A program made the position numbers and the translations under genes. This document shows, in pieces, positions 7,235 through 13,078 of a stretch of DNA of 13,078 nt; position 1 is the first letter of the stretch, and each line of letters opens with the position of its first letter. The DNA is from Granulicella sp. GTDB taxonomy: Bacteria > Acidobacteriota > Terriglobia > Terriglobales > Acidobacteriaceae. The notes beneath the pieces are model-generated. The model did not search any database and was not told the origin of the DNA. It saw only the letters and a list, made by a program, of their open reading frames with translations. Location: positions 1 through 13,078 of the forward strand of contig DAHWNL010000055.1 in NCBI GenBank assembly GCA_027339965.1, in the 5' to 3' direction.

Positions 7235-7394
7235 TGACTGATTCAAGACAAAGCGGTCTTCCGTCTCCCCCCCCAGCGAGTGGCCGCATCACTGGCCCCG
7301 CGCTGCATCCGGACCCGCACAAAAGCCATCGGATGGAGGAGAATAGTCTTTAGAGAAAGCTCCGTCTCTATAACCCAAGAAAACAGAGGAAGCC

Positions 7395-9537
<2,143 letters not shown>

Positions 9538-9539
<2 letters not shown>

Positions 9540-9554
9540 GCAGCAGGGCTGCTT
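9538..9554. terminator. Hairpin AAGCAGC-AGG-GCTGCTT between convergent hscA and the lipoprotein gene
   Basis: 7-bp stem in the short gap between two stop codons; U-tracts are weak. Confidence 0.4.
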
Positions 9555-9560
9555 CCTCAT

Positions 9561-10982
9561 TCAATTCGAAGTCTTGATCTCCGCCGACCACTGTTGCAGT
9601 TCGCTCTCTGTAATATCCGCATAGCCCCCCGGTTCATTGGTTGCCGTCGAGTTCCAGACCTCAATCTCTGTTGGAAAGTAGGTGCTGATGCCAAACGGGA
9701 CGACCGTTGTCCAGACGACGGTCGGTGCAAACGTCTGAAACTCCAACGGCGACAGCGCCGGCGGCGTAGCTGCCTGTGCAGCGCTATAGAGCGTCTCGAA
9801 CTCGCTGTAGATCGGTTGCAGATTGTTCCCCAGCGGATCATTCAGATCTTCATTTGCAACCACCGCCCTCGTCCCCAGCGTCTGTCGAAACTGCTCCATC
9901 ACCTGAAGAGAAAAACTCGGATCATACTGCTGTGTCTGCATCAGCGGCAGCTCGTTGAACGTAAAGTCGATCGGTGTCCGTGTCCACGCCGCATAGTTCG
10001 CCGCCGCGTTGGTCAGGCACTGTTCATACTGCGCGTCGGTATAGCCGGCCGCAATCAGCGTGGCAGCGTCCTGAAACCCTCCCTGGCCGCTGTTGAACGG
10101 CTCACCGCTGAAAGACGAGCAAGACGTAATCGCCACCTCGCCCAGCAGCGGATTGCTGTCATACACCGAAGCCAGATGATTCTGCAGTTGTGTCCATAGC
10201 ACGCTGTACTGCGCCGTCCAGAAGTCCGGCATGGTCAGCTCTGTTCCGGTGTGTTCGTCGATCAGATCCACCGATCCTACCTGTTCCATCACCCACGCCG
10301 GCGAGTGCGCGCCGGGAAAAACCCTTAGCTTGCCCACCACGGGCGTGGAGGGGTACTTCGCGTTGTAGGCCTGGATGTTCTGCAGGGCGTCGTCAATCGC
10401 GCTGTCGTCAAACACCCCTGGCTGCGGCTCCAGTTGCGACCACGCCGCCTGAATCACCACCGCTGCGTACACCTGCGGGTGCGTGTTGGCCTCCAGCAGG
10501 CGATTCTGCGGGAGCGCGCTGGCGCTGGCAGTCCAGTCCATATCGCCCTGGGTAACCAGCCCAATCAGCGTCGGCTTCGCCGCCGGCGTTGTTTGCAGCG
10601 TGAAAGCAGCCGCAGCGGTCTGCGCCTGATTCATTGTCAGCGTGCAACTGGTCTCGCTGCCCGCCGCGGCGCAGGCTCCGCTCCAGCCGCTGAAAGAACT
10701 TCCCGAGGCCGGAGCCGCGCTCAGCGTGACTGTGCTTCCGGTGGTGAAGAGAGCCGAGCAGGCCGTACCGCAGGAGATCCCTGCGGGAGTCGATCTGACG
10801 CTCCCGTCTCCACTGACGTTCACGCTCAGCGTGTGGGTGCTGGGCGGCGGCGTGGTCGTGACCGCGGTGGCTCCTCCGCAGCCCTCCAATCCGAGGGCAA
10901 GCACAGCGACAAGACAGACGCACCCAAGACGCCAATCGATAGAGGATTCAGAGAGGGTGATCGTTGTCAACGGAGTGTTCAT
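9561..10982 (-). CDS. Predicted lipoprotein: divergent InlB-B-like repeat plus glycoside-hydrolase-like (GH-A clan, GH42-like) domain
   Basis: Hydrophobic signal ending LEG-C; T/P linker; TLSVNVSGDGSVRSTPAGISCGTACSALF...VTLSAAPASGSSFSGWSGAC repeat; AWSQLEPQPGVFDDSAIDDAL, SPAWV, LASVYDSNP, SGEPF motifs; GGAG upstream of the ATG. Confidence 0.7.
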   Translation of the reverse strand: MNTPLTTITLSESSIDWRLGCVCLVAVLALGLEGCGGATAVTTTPPPSTHTLSVNVSGDGSVRSTPAGISCGTACSALFTTGSTVTLSAAPASGSSFSGWSGACAAAGSETSCTLTMNQAQTAAAAFTLQTTPAAKPTLIGLVTQGDMDWTASASALPQNRLLEANTHPQVYAAVVIQAAWSQLEPQPGVFDDSAIDDALQNIQAYNAKYPSTPVVGKLRVFPGAHSPAWVMEQVGSVDLIDEHTGTELTMPDFWTAQYSVLWTQLQNHLASVYDSNPLLGEVAITSCSSFSGEPFNSGQGGFQDAATLIAAGYTDAQYEQCLTNAAANYAAWTRTPIDFTFNELPLMQTQQYDPSFSLQVMEQFRQTLGTRAVVANEDLNDPLGNNLQPIYSEFETLYSAAQAATPPALSPLEFQTFAPTVVWTTVVPFGISTYFPTEIEVWNSTATNEPGGYADITESELQQWSAEIKTSN

Positions 10983-11268
10983 TCGATAGCTCCAGGACGA
11001 GGCTGATCTGATACAGAAGGATGAGTCCCTCCTTCGCGCTTACGCCGTCGGGAAGGCTGTGGACAAAGATCTTGTGACTGGGCCTTTGAGCCCGATGCGG
11101 TGTGCTGCTGATGGTTTCTGAAACCCAAAAATAGCCAAAGAGTTGCGCCGCAGTTCGGGCGCTTTTCCCGGTTGTGGCACAGATGGAGTTGACGTCACGC
11201 CTCCGGGAACTGGCATGGCGATGAAGGACAACACGGCCGGCGGAGTCGCAGGCTAGATGCATCGTGAT

Positions 11269-11285
11269 ATCGCAACAGTTGCGAT
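11269..11285. promoter_or_regulatory. Perfect inverted repeat ATCGCAAC-A-GTTGCGAT (candidate operator)
   Basis: 8-1-8 palindrome in the 390-nt intergenic region upstream of the lipoprotein gene; loop too small and no U-tract for a standard terminator. Confidence 0.4.
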
Positions 11286-11372
11286 GTTCCGGGCTCTTCG
11301 TTCCGCCCGTGGCACGGGATTCCGCCTTGCGCGCAGACCGAAGCGTTCGGCCGCAGCGAAGATAGTGAGGAT

Positions 11373-12722
11373 TTACGAAACTGGCGTTTTGGTCCCAGGG
11401 TGTCTTTCAATCCGCATGTGAATCGAGTGGCGCGGGCGGAGGGTAATGTGGGGCTCAGGTGCAATCTCCTGGCCCGGAACAAGATGCAGACGCCATTGCT
11501 GCGCAATGACGGCCATCAGTAACACGCCTTCGGAGACGGCAAAGTGCTCGCCGATGCAGACGCGGGTTCCCGCTCCAAAGGGAAAGAAGGCGAACTTGGG
11601 GCGGTTCGCGGCCAGGGGATCATCCCACCGTTCCGGCACGAAGCTTTCGGGGCTATTCCAGAATCGCGGATCACGGTGCATAGCGTACGGACTCATCAGC
11701 AGCGTTGAGCCGGCTGGAACCTCGATGGTGCCTAACCGATAGCCAGTCACGGCCTCACGTCCAATGATCCAGGCAGGTGGATACAGACGAAGGGCTTCGC
11801 GAAAGATCTCTCCGGTATAGCGCAGCTTGAGCACATCTTCAGGTGCCGGCCGCCGGCCCTGCAGCACTTGTTCGATCTCCTCGTGGAGTTTCTGTTCTAC
11901 CTCGGGATGCCGTGCCAGCAGATACCAGGTCCAGGTCAGCGCATTGGCTGTAGTCTCGTGGCCGGCGAGAAAGATCGTCAGCGCCTCATCAAGCAGCAGT
12001 TCGTCCGACATATAGCCTGTGCCTGTCTCGTCGTCGGATGCCATCAGCAGCGACAGCATATCGTTGTATCGATCTGGATGCTCGCGGTGATCTGTGATGA
12101 TGCGGCTCAACAGGCCTTCAAAGCGCAGGCGTGATTGCCGCGCGCGCAGGCCCGCCCAGAGGCGTAGGAATTGAGACGCCTGAATGAGCGGACTGTTCAA
12201 CTGGCGAAAGTGGTGCAGCGCTCGGGTCACTGCGGTTCCAATATCTCTTGCTTCATGCAGGACGTCGGCGGTGAAGAGGGTGCGGCCCACGATCTGCAGC
12301 GTTAGCTGCATCATCTCCCGGTCCACGACGATCTCCTGGCCGTCGCTCCAATCCCGGCTGGTTGCGGTGCCCATCTCCACGATCTCGCGAGCATATTCAA
12401 CCAGCCGGGCGCTATGGAAGGCAGGCTGCGCCAGCCGCCGCTGACGCCGATGAAGCTCGCCCTCGCTGGTCAGCAGGCCGCTTCCAAACAGAGGCTTGGA
12501 GGCGCGCAACCCGGGGCCTTTGATGAAGTTCCAGTCGTGCGTCACCAGAACATCCCGTATGAGGCTGGGATGATTGACAAAAAAGATCTGACGCTTCCCG
12601 GCGGCGATCTGAAGGATATCCACGCCACGGCTTGCGATACTCCGCAAAAGAGTAAGGGGCGATTTGCGGAATCTAAGGAACTCCTTGATTCCCCGCAACG
12701 ATTCTGTTCGATATTCCGCCAT
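11373..12722 (-). CDS. Cytochrome P450 (449 aa from MAEYRTES)
   Basis: GLLTSEGELHRRQRR, I-helix AGHETT, K-helix EALR, PERW, haem motif FFPFGAGTRVCIGE. ATG 12720-12722 has GGAG and a TAGAAT -10 (12745-12750) upstream, so it is preferred over the ORF-track start at 12809. Confidence 0.96.
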   Translation of the reverse strand: MAEYRTESLRGIKEFLRFRKSPLTLLRSIASRGVDILQIAAGKRQIFFVNHPSLIRDVLVTHDWNFIKGPGLRASKPLFGSGLLTSEGELHRRQRRLAQPAFHSARLVEYAREIVEMGTATSRDWSDGQEIVVDREMMQLTLQIVGRTLFTADVLHEARDIGTAVTRALHHFRQLNSPLIQASQFLRLWAGLRARQSRLRFEGLLSRIITDHREHPDRYNDMLSLLMASDDETGTGYMSDELLLDEALTIFLAGHETTANALTWTWYLLARHPEVEQKLHEEIEQVLQGRRPAPEDVLKLRYTGEIFREALRLYPPAWIIGREAVTGYRLGTIEVPAGSTLLMSPYAMHRDPRFWNSPESFVPERWDDPLAANRPKFAFFPFGAGTRVCIGEHFAVSEGVLLMAVIAQQWRLHLVPGQEIAPEPHITLRPRHSIHMRIERHPGTKTPVS

Positions 12723-12874
12723 TCGAAGTTTCACTCCGAATCGAATTCTATAGAAACATAGCGGTCGAATCTCCTGCTCCGGGCAGGAAGGAGCCAAGCT
12801 GAAAAACACTTCTCAGGACCGCCGCAGAGCTCACTGCAGGACGGCCCACGTCTCACTCCTCCTTCCTCAACACT

Positions 12875-12910
12875 GGGTGCCCCACATCTCGCGCTGTTTG
12901 AGTTGTGGGT
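12875..12910 (+). repeat. REP-like element GGGTGC-CCCACATCTC-N9-GAGTTGTGGG
   Basis: 10-bp stem with one mismatch (12881-12890/12900-12909) preceded by GGGTGC, about 25 nt upstream of a RAYT-like frame. Confidence 0.7.
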
Positions 12911-12934
12911 TTGCAGGACGCTCCGCTTGCACCC

Positions 12935-13078
12935 ATAACGCAAGGACTGGAACGGCGCTACGGCCATGGAGATCGCCACTTCGTGACGCCTCCTGCTACC
13001 GTCGCCGGCCGTACTTCGCCTCGCCGGAGTCGCGGCTGATCTTTGAGCGATGTCTGGAGGTGGCGCGAGTGAAGTATG
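12935..13078 (+). pseudogene. REP-associated tyrosine transposase (RAYT, Y1 HUH), 5' part, degenerate; continues beyond the right edge
   Basis: ATA-TQGLERRYGHGDRHFVT/SCYRRRPYFASPESRLIFERCLEVARVKY resembles the RAYT N-terminal HFxTxSCYxR pattern; ATA in place of ATG and a 1-nt loss near 12989. Confidence 0.8.

Noticed and set aside
11130..11175. c-di-GMP-I riboswitch-like GGGAAAA-GCGCC...GGCGCAA on the minus strand
   Set aside because: Lacks the GNRA tetraloop and the second stem with its receptor.

Overview
GC-rich bacterial chromosomal segment; gene styles, short or leaderless promoters and the REP/RAYT type suggest Acidobacteriota (inference only). Left to right: an Nramp/MntH transporter (minus strand, runs off the left edge, absent from the ORF track), a translationally coupled fabZ-lpxA-lpxI operon (minus), then divergent hscB and hscA. 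hscB and hscA are separated by a ~2.9 kb accessory patch holding an intact Crp/Fnr regulator plus DUF2892 (YgaP-like) membrane protein module with a candidate class II (-41.5) activator site, a possible decayed receiver-domain gene, an internally deleted IS66 tnpC fragment and a multiply frameshifted Phd-VapC(PIN) toxin-antitoxin pair. After hscA come a lipoprotein with an InlB-B-like repeat and a GH-A-clan-like domain, a cytochrome P450 with no adjacent redox partner, and at the right edge a REP-like hairpin followed by a degenerate REP-associated tyrosine transposase (RAYT). I see no CRISPR array or RNA gene, and I cannot claim a clearly new system; the best leads are the Crp-DUF2892 module, the GH-like lipoprotein and the REP-RAYT pair. 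All family assignments come from motif recognition by eye, not from database searches.
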